Assembly (NCBI RefSeq): GCF_006345805.1
Contig: NC_043008.1
Coordinates: 15,872,001-15,936,000, forward strand
DNA: 64,000 nt
Origin: Octopus sinensis
Taxonomy: Eukaryota
Reading direction: 5' to 3'
Every line of letters begins with the position of its first letter. Positions within the stretch are counted from its first letter, which is position 1. The notes under the pieces are model-generated. The model was not told the origin of the DNA. It saw only the letters and a list, made by a program, of their open reading frames with translations, and made no database searches. A program made the position numbers and the translations under genes. Of this stretch, positions 26,104-37,214 are shown piece after piece.

Positions 26104-26110
26104 GTATTTG
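25603..26110. repeat. Compound (CT)n/(ATCT)n/(CA)n microsatellite block containing a family A SINE fragment (25725-25839, minus strand)
   Basis: Direct reading; source of the long HTHT/LSIY ORFs at 25758-26362. Confidence 0.9.
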
Positions 26111-27472
26111 TTTGTCTGTCTGTGTATCTATTCATCCAACTATCAATCGATCCACCGCTATCTGTACAGCCACCATTCGATACAAAGGAAATTTCTTTTC
26201 GATAAATCTGTTCTTTTCAAAACGCGAGCTTTATCCTCGGTGCTTTTTCGAAGGCATTTTAAATCAAATAGCTATTGTATTACCGATTCCCTACAGCACA
26301 CAGGCTTTGTAGTTTTTTTTCTTTGCGCATTTGGAAGCAATGTGCGAATGAAAAGAACGTGAAAATTTCCTTTAATAATGTAGGTTTTAATTCTATTAAA
26401 AAAATAATAAATGTTTATTGCACTATATCGAGATGGAATGTTCATGTCCGTTAGAGCGGTGTTATAATGGAACTATTTAGCATCGAAATTGAAACTATAT
26501 TGTGTGTGCATCTGTATGTTTGCCAGCATCTATTTATGTATTAAATGTATTTATGTATAAATAAGTATCCATACACCCATACATATATACATACATACAT
26601 TCCCCCTCCCCCATTTATATATATATGTGTGTGTGTGTCTGTGTGCGTACATTTTGTGTATAGGTATAAATAGAAGTACACTAAACGACTCAGTTTGTAG
26701 TTTTAAATAATTCGTTCAGGCTGCACTCAGCTCCACAAATAAAAGAATTAGACCAGGTTACGTTTCTTCCCGCTCGTAAATACAAAAAAAAAAAACTATT
26801 AAAAAAAAACTATAAGAAGTGATAAGTTTTTCTCCATGGAATAAAATTTTATAAATCTTTCTTTGATGAAAATTTAACAACTCCAAAGTTAATCTCATCT
26901 CACAGATTTCTGCCCACAGAGACCCACGTATGGTATAACAACTAACTTTGCACAAAAAAGATTCTATTTTGTGATTTCAAAAAGGCTAACTGACATATAA
27001 AAGTAACATATAAAAGGTAGTACGCATTTCGCATACATACGCACACATGCGGGCAGTGTAGTGTTACAATTCGAGATATATTATTTCAAACCGAAGCATT
27101 CTCTTTTCTTTCGATACATAATATTTATCTTATTCCCTGTAATCGAATGTGTACCTTGGTAATTAGATTATAATCCGGATATTATTATCATCACTTTGCT
27201 TAATTAGGTAAAGCGTTGTAGCTACATTCTTCACAATTTTGAAAGAAAACTAAGATACTTTCAATAATAAATCTCTGAGCGAGGTATAAACACTAGCTGC
27301 ACGACATCGTGAAGTATATTTGGCACTTAATTGTGACTAACCCCTAAAGGTGTATGCTAAAGTAGCTTCTAGCCCCATGAGGACACCTCCTCCAGCTGGC
27401 TATTGACACACTATCTATGCCCTATCAGTATTTGTAAAGGGAAGCCATCCTTCCCGTCGTTAACCTATGATA

Positions 27473-27517
27473 CACACGGACTCGAATTTCTAGGTATTGT
27501 CCCGTGATCAGCGTGTG
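27473..27517 (-). ncRNA. Minimal type I hammerhead ribozyme motif, damaged (G8>C)
   Basis: CACACG-CTGATCA-CGGGACAATACCTA-GAAAT-TCGA-GTC-CGTGTG; perfect 6-bp helix I, GUC cleavage triplet. Confidence 0.65.
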
Positions 27518-27593
27518 ACAATCACCGGTTGTCGATGGGAAAGGACATATATTTGCAAAGGGATCCTATTTTTCATCGACAACCGGTGATTGT

Positions 27594-27638
27594 CACACAC
27601 TGATGACGGGTCAATACCCAGAAACCCGAGACCGTGTG
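27594..27638 (+). ncRNA. Minimal type I hammerhead ribozyme motif, damaged (U16.1>A)
   Basis: CACACA-CTGATGA-C-GGGT-CAAT-ACCC-A-GAAAC-CCGA-GAC-CGTGTG; intact CUGAUGA and GAAA, 4-bp helix II. Confidence 0.65.
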
Positions 27639-28200
27639 TATCATAGGTTGAAGACGGGAGGGATGGCTTCCTTTTGCAAATACTGATATGGCACTGAATG
27701 TATGTCAATTGCCACCTGGAGGAGATGCCCTGGAGGAACCACCCTTAGGGTTAGCTACATTTAAATGGCATATATACTTCACGAAATATACTTTCATTTG
27801 TATATTATGTTTTATAGTTCATGTATAATAAAACAAAGATGGAGAGGCGCATGCATTTATTTCCGTCTTTTAAATCCGGATTAGGTATGATCTCGTACAT
27901 TAATACTAGTTGCATTGATGTTGTACTGAATTTTCTGTGCGTACTTGAAGCAGGAACTATATTGTTTAAAATCTCTCATACGCAGCGCATAAATTGTTGG
28001 GTAATTGTATCTACTGTGTACATTAAAAGTGATAAAATCACTGGATACATTTGTATGAAAGTCTCTTAATTGAAGAAGTATAATATACTTCAGAATCCCA
28101 GCAAAATGGTCAAGAAGGTGAGTATCATTTCTTCATTGCAGAATATGTAACCACAGTCGCAATACAATTTTCCAGAAACAATCTGTAAATGTAATAATAT

Positions 28201-28622
28201 TTTTACTAAAATGTTGCATCAATTTCTTGAGGAAACAAAGAAAATGGGTCATATGTTATCAAAACAAGTTATCTAGTGAGTTAAATCCTGATTCCCATAG
28301 TTATCTCTTTGGCCATTTTATAAAGGAAAATAGATTAAAAGAACATTTAGAGGATACTGACCACAAGCGATATAAGCTTTAACAAAGTGGTGCAGGGTGT
28401 TTTTCACAAGTAACGATATTTCACACTTTATATATTGCAAATTATACACCACTTTAGAATATTAAAGTGAGAAGTTTTACGAAAGTGGAGTCTTTCTTTG
28501 ATATTATGGCATAATGATGTCGCACTAAAATATACTGTTATATTATCAATTTCCTTATAAAGTGTTAGGAAACATTTTTCAAACATCGTGAAAACGGGGA
28601 AAAATGAGATCCTTCAAAACAA
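28201..28622 (+). repeat. Second copy of the 23753-24162 segment
   Basis: See 23753. Confidence 0.95.
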
Positions 28623-28914
28623 TATCAACCTCGCATTATTATTATTATAATAGCAAAGAAGATGAAGAGATAAAAACTGATTTGTACATTTTCAGTATCC
28701 ATTACTGGGGCTATGAAATAAGACGTTATTTTGTATACACTGTGATAGGTATATAGGATTAAAATAAGCACAACTGATAGAACAACGGGTGTGTTAATTA
28801 TAAAAGGATTGAAATTGCTTCATGAAGAACGGTTTTTGCATTCGTGCTTTCTTTCTGAATACATTTTCCCCCCATCGCTCTCTCTCGCTCTATCTGTCTG
28901 TATATCTGTCTGTC

Positions 28915-28925
28915 TATCAGTCTGT

Positions 28926-29011
<86 letters not shown>

Positions 29012-29070
29012 CTATATCTGTCTATTTATCTATCTGTCTATCTATCTAAATATATATCTATCTATCTAGG
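28915..29070. repeat. (ATCT)n microsatellite
   Basis: Direct reading. Confidence 0.95.
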
Positions 29071-30384
29071 TACATTGTAACCTCTTTGACATGTCTATAG
29101 TGGTCTAACACTATAGAGGACCATAGTGGTCTAACATTATATCGATAATATAATTTTACTAATTAAAATTTTACTAATTAAAAGTTACGTGCCCCTGTCA
29201 CATCAAAATTTTGTTTTAACATATAGCAATATATGTTTTTGTGTTTATGTGTGCGAGTGATTTGCGTATAACCTTGCGAATCTGTCCCAGCAGTGGAGAA
29301 CATTACAAATAACAAATCTTTATACTTAAAGACAAAAACACATCACGCAGCCAGAACTCCCAATGGCTATGGCATACTATTTAAAATTACATGATAGGTG
29401 TTCTAACCCCATAATAAATCTTTGATAACAGTTAAATGTGCTACCATGACATCCTAACTTCAATATTTACAAGGTCAACTTGATAGCATTTTCGTGTTCG
29501 CTCAATCTGCTTAAAATTGCCTTCAGTAACTCTCAAGCTACAACCGATAGTTTTATGTAATAATTTCTAAGAATGAGACGAGGAGAAATGATATTGCGTA
29601 AGGTGCATAGAACTATTTTACCGTAGAATTAGAAATGTTCGTCATTTGTTCGAACCCAGAAGAATAAATGTCACGGATGACAATTGCAAAATCTGAACTT
29701 AAAAGATGACGCCATTACAAAAGTACCAAAACGCATTTCCCTAAGCGGCCTAGCGTAGCTAAACATTTGACAATCTAGTATACAATATACTAAGTCATAG
29801 TAGGCACACACACTACTCGAGCATTTTGGATTATAGGTCTTATCCCAGGCAACATAAGCACTTCACTATTGCTCCCTTCACATAGTACGCACAAATTTCA
29901 CTTGGAGTAAAACATCCTTAAGCATTCTTAGTTGCAGCAGTGTTTATAGGCTAGCTATATATATTCCCAAAAGAAATTCAGAAGGAATTGCTTTGTCAGG
30001 TGCAGTCGCAGCAAGAAGATAACATTCTTCTACATTGGGAGTAGCGCCAAAGTTGACAATTTAAATAATAAATTGCTTGAACTATGCTTATTCCAGCACA
30101 TGATGATATATACCCATTAGCAACATGTAATCTGCAATCGCCCACGACGAAGTTTTACGCCCCAGAAGGAAGGAATTATATCATACATGTTTCATAAAAT
30201 GGATATTATATGTCATATTTATCACGCGTTTATATATTTCATTCTTTCTCTACATCGCTGGGAATATTACACCCACACACGCGCACACACACACATAAAA
30301 GTCCAAGAGATACAGAGGCAAAGTGAGAGAATATGCTGACAATTCAAAAGTAGTGTAAATAGTCATAGAACCTACGAATGCTTA

Positions 30385-30858
30385 CACCTTGATGCCATAT
30401 ATAAACGGTCTGACGAAAGGAATATGAAATCTAAAACAAGAAAATTCCAAATTCTTCGCACTTTGCTTGCCTTATAATAATATACAGCCACAAAAATACT
30501 TTGGACCAGAAGGAACCGCACCCCAAGAGTTAAGTCCAGAGGTGATAATATCAATGACGTCTCTTTTAATCTATATATAACAAAGATAGAGACTATATGA
30601 CAACTTGGAATATGAGAACCTTCAGAACAAGGGACACGGAAACTATGCCATTTCTATGGAGCATGTTTGTACTTAGCAGTTTGGACTATTGCTCTCAACT
30701 GTGGTTATACCACTGTATCAAATTAATAGCGGAACTTAAAGCAGTTCAGTGGTGCTACAAAGGGGAAATTGCATTAACAAAACCGCTGAGCAACTGGGAG
30801 AGACTGAAAGGTTCATAACTGTATTCCTCATAGAGAAGACGGGAAAGATATGTGGTCA
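30385..30858 (+). mobile_element. CR1-group LINE ORF2 fossil (end of RT and C-terminal region)
   Basis: HLDAIYKRSDERNMKSKTRKFQILR...MRTFRTRDTETMPFLWSMFVLSSLDYCSQLW...ELKAVQ...SNWERLK...LYS...RRERY matches recalled CR1/L2-type motifs (LDYCSxxW, WERL, ERRRER); stops and frameshifts present. Confidence 0.85.
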
Positions 30859-30967
30859 TAGAATAAGAAATAGGCTTACAAAGAATAAGTCCTGGCGTCG
30901 ATTTGCTCGACTAAAGGCGGTGCTGCAGCATGGCCACAGTCACATGACTGAAAAAAGTAACAGAGTA
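30859..30967 (+). mobile_element. SINE family B 3' fragment abutting the LINE
   Basis: GAATAAGTCCTGGCGTCGATTTGCTCGACTAAAGGCGGTGCTGCAGCATGGCC. Confidence 0.85.
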
Positions 30968-31000
30968 TACATGTGTAGATATATGTACGTATGTGACCGC

Positions 31001-31195
31001 GTGTGTACCGTTGGCGATTTTTTTCCCTCTGTCTTCCCTTCTTTGGATCTTTCGTTTTCCTATGTTTCTGACGAAGAGCTCCGCTCGAAACGTTAGACCC
31101 ACCTTATTTCCTTCTTTCCTGAGCAACCAATAATACTATACTTGTTCTACGTCCTCACGTTGTTGTGTTTTCTCTTTGTGCATTCATGTTTGGAT

Positions 31196-31200
<5 letters not shown>
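31001..31200 (+). mobile_element. (TA)n-anchored repeat carrying a hammerhead motif (Penelope-like pLTR fragment)
   Basis: Homologous to 49027-49216 (CGTTGGCGATT...CCTGAG...TAATACT...ACGTCCTC) and 23044-23230; 3' end runs directly into (TA)n. Confidence 0.7.
31064..31098 (+). ncRNA. Minimal type I hammerhead ribozyme motif, core apparently intact
   Basis: GTTT-CTGACGA-A-GAGC-TCC-GCTC-GAAAC-GTT-AGAC: CUGANGA, 4-bp helix II, GAAA, palindromic AACGTT helix III, helix I GTTT/AGAC with one wobble. Confidence 0.7.
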
Positions 31201-31253
<53 letters not shown>

Positions 31254-31257
31254 TATG

Positions 31258-31322
<65 letters not shown>

Positions 31323-32287
31323 CTATATACACACACATATATATAAATAATAGAGGAATATATATATATCTATATATATATATATAGGTTTGTGTGGCTG
31401 TGTATGTGTGTGTGTAGTATACTTTAATTTACCTTTTCTTTATTTTTTCCTAAAATATTTCTTACAATAATTACGCAATATTTCTCCTCACAGTTTATTA
31501 GTTTTATTAAAGAATATGAAAGAATGCAAATGACAAAATTATGTTTGCTAGCTGTTGAGATGGCGCCATACGTTACAAGAAGAGATTCTCAATATTAACA
31601 CGACGTTACTTTATTTTGTCGCCGCTTTATTCAAAAGGCTTGTTTATTGAATTGATTGTAGGCATTTACATGCAAGCATTGTACGCAAAATTTTGATTAT
31701 AACAGCAAATATATCAGCACATTTTTTTTTTAGTTTTTGTACATGTTCCGATTCTACTGAAATTATGTTGAGAATTTCTATGCAAAAGTTTGGAATTCTA
31801 TTTCTGATTTTACGGAAAATGTAAATAAAAATCGGAGAATACTCTAAAGGCTTTGTGTTTGATAACATATATTTTCGATTTGATATCCGTTTTCAGATGC
31901 TATAATGCGTTCTTAATTAGCGGTATTATTCATATATCAAGGAAAATGCATTAGAAGGCATCTCGGCTTGGTATGCAGCGCTACTAGAAAACTTCCGATT
32001 TATTCATATATGTTGTTTGTATACAGCACGGAACATATCTAAAGCCAGTGTTTTTCAAAAAATTTGACGCTCATTCCTTTCCTTTTTGAATGTTTCCTCG
32101 CTATGTATATTCACGTACACAAGTCAGGAGTTACTCATCGATCCTTATGGCCTCTGCTTTTACGTTCCCTGTATGCAAACACCCAAAATTTGTGAAAATG
32201 TATTTAAAATTATACACTTCATCATTGTTTATATTTTCCATCTGTAGGTTGTATCGGAGTGTGTTTCCTCATTTTCTCATGTTTCAA

Positions 32288-32530
32288 TACTCTTTACTCT
32301 CTGTTACTCTTTACTCTCTGTTACTCTTTTACTTGTTTCAGTCATTTGACTGCGGCCATGCTGGAGCACCACCTTTTAGTCGAGCAAATCGACCCCGGGA
32401 CTTATTCTTTTGTAAGCCCAGTACTTATTCTATCGGTCTCTTTTGCCGAACCGCTAAGTGACGGGGACGTAAACACACCAGCATCGGTTGTCAAGCAATG
32501 CTAGGGGGACAAACACAGACACACAAACAA

Positions 32531-32590
<60 letters not shown>

Positions 32591-32750
32591 GACAGGCTTC
32601 TTTCAGTTTCCGTCTACCAAATCCACTCACAAGGCATTGGTCGGCCCGGGGCTATAGCAGAAGACACTTGCCCAAGATGCCACGCAGTGGGACTGAACCC
32701 GGAACCATGTGGTTGGTTAGCAAGCTACTTACCACACAGCCACTCCTGCG
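32288..32750 (-). mobile_element. SINE family B, full length, young
   Basis: Complete head, core, (TA)n and 3' half with expanded (TACTCT) tail repeats. Confidence 0.95.
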
Positions 32751-32892
32751 CTTATGTTTATTATTTCTGTCAATGTAGCCGTTGTCATTATTATTCTTGT
32801 TATTCTTGTTGTGTTATGATTGTGGCGAACAAGCTGTTTATCATATTTAAATTATCTTTGAAATGTTAATATTAATATAAATGCTAATTCAT

Positions 32893-33306
32893 AGTGGCTG
32901 TGTGGTAAGTAGCTTGCTTACGAACCACATGGTTCTAGGTTCAGTCCTAGTGTGTGGCACCTTAGGCAAGTGTCTTCTACTATAATCTTGGGCTGACCAA
33001 ATATTTGTGAGTGGATTTGGAAACTGAAAGAAACCCGTCGTATATATGTATATATATATATATATATATGTACGTGTGTGTATATGTTTGTGTGTCTATG
33101 TTTGCCCACACACACACACACAACATTGCTTGACAGCCGGTGCTGGTGTTTACGTCACCGTAACTTAGCGGTTCGGCAAAAGAGACCGATAGAATAAGTA
33201 CTAGGCTTACGAAGAATAAGTCCTGGGAACGATTTTCTCGACTAAAGGCGGTGCTCCAGCATGGCCACAGTAACATGGCTGAAACAAGTAAAAGAGTAAA
33301 TGAGTA
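32893..33306 (+). mobile_element. SINE family B, full length
   Basis: Complete architecture; head-to-head with the previous copy. Confidence 0.95.
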
Positions 33307-33342
33307 TTTAAATAGTAGACAAGAATTAAACAAATTTTACAG

Positions 33343-33458
33343 TCGCATCCAGATTTCGGTTCAACACTCTTTGATATTACTGCAAATATACCATTTCTCA
33401 CCGCCACCTTTTATGAACGCTTTATTGGAAGACCAAATCACATCAAAGAATTAAACAG
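33343..33458 (+). CDS. Candidate coding exon (phase 0 to 2), protein not recognised
   Basis: ATTTTACAG acceptor, CAG|GTGAGC donor, open frame SHPDFGSTLFDITANIPFLTATFYERFIGRPNHIKELN(R). Confidence 0.55.
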
Positions 33459-33981
33459 GTGAGCGATATTATTTTAAATGTTTAAAATAATATTTTCTTT
33501 TCAAATGAAACTGTTTTTTAGTGTCTTGTAAACATTCTAACCACGCCGTGCACACAATGACGCAAGAGGAGTAAAAGACTGGGATATCACTTCTGAAATA
33601 GCCGTGACGATGCGTTTTATTTATTTTAGAATTGAATGTAAATCTAAAAACAAATCAAAAATCTTGATGCAGTTCCACCCACTTACATTCACTCATACAC
33701 ACCACTGTATAGGACAAGTGTTAAATCTACGTCCTCTAAACTTGGGTTTTCAATCTGTTGTACAATAATAGTTAATAGCTGTATATAAACATGTTATGAT
33801 CAGACTTGAATGAAGCTGGTATTGGTCTGCATATGCTAGGCTTCTTTGTTTTTGTTGTTGTTGTAGAGTTGATGAAAAGAGGGCCGTGAATTTCTCGTGA
33901 ATAATATAAAAGCTTTTTACAGGAAGAATTAAAAGGAGAGAAATTAATGAGAGACAGCTGAGTTTTATATCCTCTAAGGTG

Positions 33982-34377
33982 GAGGCGCAATGGCCCAGTG
34001 GTTAGGGCAGCGGACTCGCGGTGATAGGATCGCGGTTTCGATTCCCAGACCGGGCTTTGTGAGTGTTTATTGAGCGAAAATACCAAAGCTCCACGAGGCT
34101 CCGGCAGGGGATGGTGGTGATCCCTGCTGTACTCTTTCACCACAACTTTCTCTCACTCTTACTTCCTGTTTCTGTTGTACCTGTATTTCAAAGGGCCAGC
34201 CTTGTCACTCTCTGTGTCACGCTGAATATGCCCGAGAACTACGTTAAGGGTACACGTGTCTGTGGAGTGCTCAGCCACATACACGTTAATTTCACGAGCA
34301 GGCTGTTCCGTTGATTCGGATATCAACCGGAACCCTCGTCGTCGTAACCGACGGAGTGCTAAGAGAGTGCTTCCACC
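33982..34377 (+). mobile_element. SINE family D, full length, young
   Basis: 15-bp TSD ATATCCTCTAAGGTG at 33967-33981 and 34378-34392. Confidence 0.95.
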
Positions 34378-34821
34378 ATATCCTCTAAGGTGAAATATAG
34401 AACCGTCTGCAACTGATACGCATAACAGAACCGCGTGGGCATCAAAGGTGAACAATATATCGTAGGCGTAACTAAGTAAGAAGGAACAAAAGGAAACAGA
34501 AATGGTATGATAAGAAACAGGCCAAGTCGAGTGAAATGAAGCGGAAACATGGGGGGGGGGAGAAAGGGAAGTCGAAATGAAAGAAAGAGTTTAAAGATTT
34601 AAGAGAAAATGCTGGAGCAGAAGAACGAAACGTTTACCTGTCGGTAGCGTGACACCAAGTTCCAATATTGTTATGTCGCTACTTCGCTACTACTCAACTC
34701 TAATCTACTACTCTGACGTCTAGACTTCTCCCTCTATATCTACGTATTGGGCTAGCCTACTTCGTCGTCTGGGGTCGTCCACACAACAAATATGAAATAT
34801 CATTCTTTCCATTTCTTTCAG

Positions 34822-34911
34822 AATATGATACATGGCGTACATCGGAAGCAAATTTTGCGGCATACTTTGCAATGTGGAAATAGGCCGTCACCATGTTGAT
34901 CGATTTGCGAG
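34822..34911 (+). CDS. Candidate 90-nt exon: in-frame TGA then ATG (alternative first coding exon or poison cassette)
   Basis: Strong acceptor CATTCTTTCCATTTCTTTCAG, GAG|GTATAT donor; a-ATA-TGA-TAC-ATG...; MAYIGSKFCGILCNVEIGRHHVDRFA(R). Confidence 0.4.
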
Positions 34912-35125
34912 GTATATTCGAAGCATTTTACTAGGCATGCTTTTTCAACCTGTCATCACCTTTTTCAACATTACAGGCCATTCTACCACTCATCAGTGTG
35001 CGTAATCATGGCAAGTTCACTGTACTCTTCTTATCGGTTTTACTATAATCATGTTAGAAAAGCTAAACATGCAACATATAGTTGTTATGTATGAACTAGT
35101 TTTAGCAATGAATAAAAGTATGGAT

Positions 35126-35508
35126 GGAAGCACTCCGTCGGTTACAACGACGAGGGTTCCGGTTGATCCGAATCAACGGAACAGCCTGCTCGTGAAATTA
35201 ACGTGTAAATGGCTGAGCACTCCACAGACACGTGTACACTTAACGTAGTTCTCGGGGATATTCAGCGTGACACTGAGAGTGACAAGGCCGGCCCTTTTGA
35301 AATACAGGTACAACAGAAACAAGAAGTAAGAGTGAGAGAAAGTTGTGGTGAAAGAGTACAGCAGGGATCACCACCATCCCCTGCCGGAGCCTCGTGGAGC
35401 TTTAGGTGTTTTCGCTCAATAAACACTCACAACGCCCGGTCTGGGAATCGAAACCGCGATCTTACGACCGCGAGTCCGCTGCCCTAACCACTGGGCCATT
35501 GCGCCTCC
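35126..35508 (-). mobile_element. SINE family D, full length
   Basis: Near-identical to 3724-4105 and inverted relative to 33982-34377. Confidence 0.95.
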
Positions 35509-36843
35509 AAAATTGAAGTATAAAAACTAAATATAAGTACACATATATTGTTTATAAGTTAACTAGGACGAAATGGCATAAGGACAATTATAGATATGAA
35601 AGATTGGTAAAAAGACGATTGTGTTTGTGGTAGGTTAAATATGAGTTCCATGGTTTGAAATATGCTAACGATAATTGAACTGAGGAATAAAGTATCCCAG
35701 TATATGAAAATACATGTGTTTGATATAGTAATGAATATTATACTGGAAATTTAAGAAACGTATTTTAATTTCTGTTTTGAAAAATATATAAGAATAATGA
35801 TTATAAATTAGGTTTGCTTTTAGAATGAATTAAGTTTAGGTATAAACATGTAATATAATGAAATTATTGTTATTTTAAAAACTTTGATTTTGCTTTAAAC
35901 AGAAAGACACAAATTTCAATTATTTCACCAATTAAAAAAAAATTCTGCTTATTAGTAATTTGGTTATGGAAAGGTCGATCACGATGTCATAAATCCATTA
36001 CACTTCTGCATTATAGTTAGTCTCTGATACCACTCTAATTCTTATTTTAGTGTTCGGTTAATTGCGATATTTCTCTAAGCTTCGCCAGGTTTTACCGGCT
36101 AAATGTAGGTCAAAATATACCGTAAATCAAATATAAACCGACAGAAACTGACAGAAATTTGTAATAGCTGCCGGCCAGATTTTTACCAACCTACTGTTAT
36201 TAGGAAACATATTTAGAATACATACTATCATGATATCACTGACCTTCCTTAAATCTTTTGATCACAGAGCATAATCAAACAGTACTTTTTATTGTTTCTT
36301 GTCTTAAAAGAGAATATATTTCCTACTTCTAATATAATGTCGTGGACTTGACAATGGAAATTTAATTTGTAGATAATAATGGCGGTCTGTTAGTAGTCAT
36401 TGTCGTCAAACTGGGTGAAATGTCAGCTATTTTCCTCAGCAACATATATTTTTATAAAAAAAAGGTAAATGCGAATTAATTTTTTTGTTAGAATGGGTAA
36501 ACATTAACATGTATTTAAAATTGAAGTCACATATCATTTTCAATGACAATCTGCGTTTGTTTACACTTCACCTAAAGAGTTTCCAATCTAAGAGTCTCAT
36601 GATTTTTATGATACCATATTCCATATGTCGTACGTGTTATTGATATCTCTAGCAGTAGTATTTATATATTTCAAATATTTTTCTGAATATAAAATATTTC
36701 TTCTGAGTCTGCTATATTGGAACACGCGGAAGAGAACATTTTAAAATTGCTGTAGTAAATTATAAGGTTTGAGTATTTTGTTCATTTTTTTTTCTTCTTG
36801 AAGCCATAATATTTTCCATTTTCTATCTGATCATATTGATAAG

Positions 36844-36932
36844 AGATTTAAAAACCGAAGCTTCTTTCAAAATGATGAGAGAGAAATTTTTTATCAATGA
36901 AAAGAACTCGCCTACGGAAGACAAAGAGAAAG
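36844..36932 (+). CDS. Candidate coding exon (phase 2 to 1), protein not recognised
   Basis: Pyrimidine tract then GATAAG acceptor, AAG|GTGTAC donor, open frame (R)DLKTEASFKMMREKFFINEKNSPTEDKEK; phase-compatible with 33343-33458 and 34822-34911. Confidence 0.45.
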
Positions 36933-37167
36933 GTGTACAAAGAATAATATATATCCCTAAAAAAATATTTCAACTTTTCTAAAGTGATCAATTCCTCGTG
37001 ATTGTAAATATAAACTTCAGAAGCTCAACATCTCTTTTTAGATATATCTTCAGAATAAGATAAAACATATAAATTAAGAAACACCATATTTCTGATAAAA
37101 AGAAAAAAAACATCTATTGTACGAACAAATAAACATACGACCAGCGCATAAGGAATTATATCACGTC

Positions 37168-37214
<47 letters not shown>

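Larger units (their letters stand above)
27262..27783 (-). mobile_element. Fold-back element with hammerhead motifs; probable Penelope-like inverted pseudo-LTR
   Basis: Inverted arms ~27308-27537 and ~27574-27783, unpaired 46-bp extension ending TTTATTATTG on the minus strand, one hammerhead motif per arm. Confidence 0.75.

Noticed and set aside
30410-30435. CTGACGA...GAAA
   Set aside because: No helix pairing; lies within the CR1-like coding fossil
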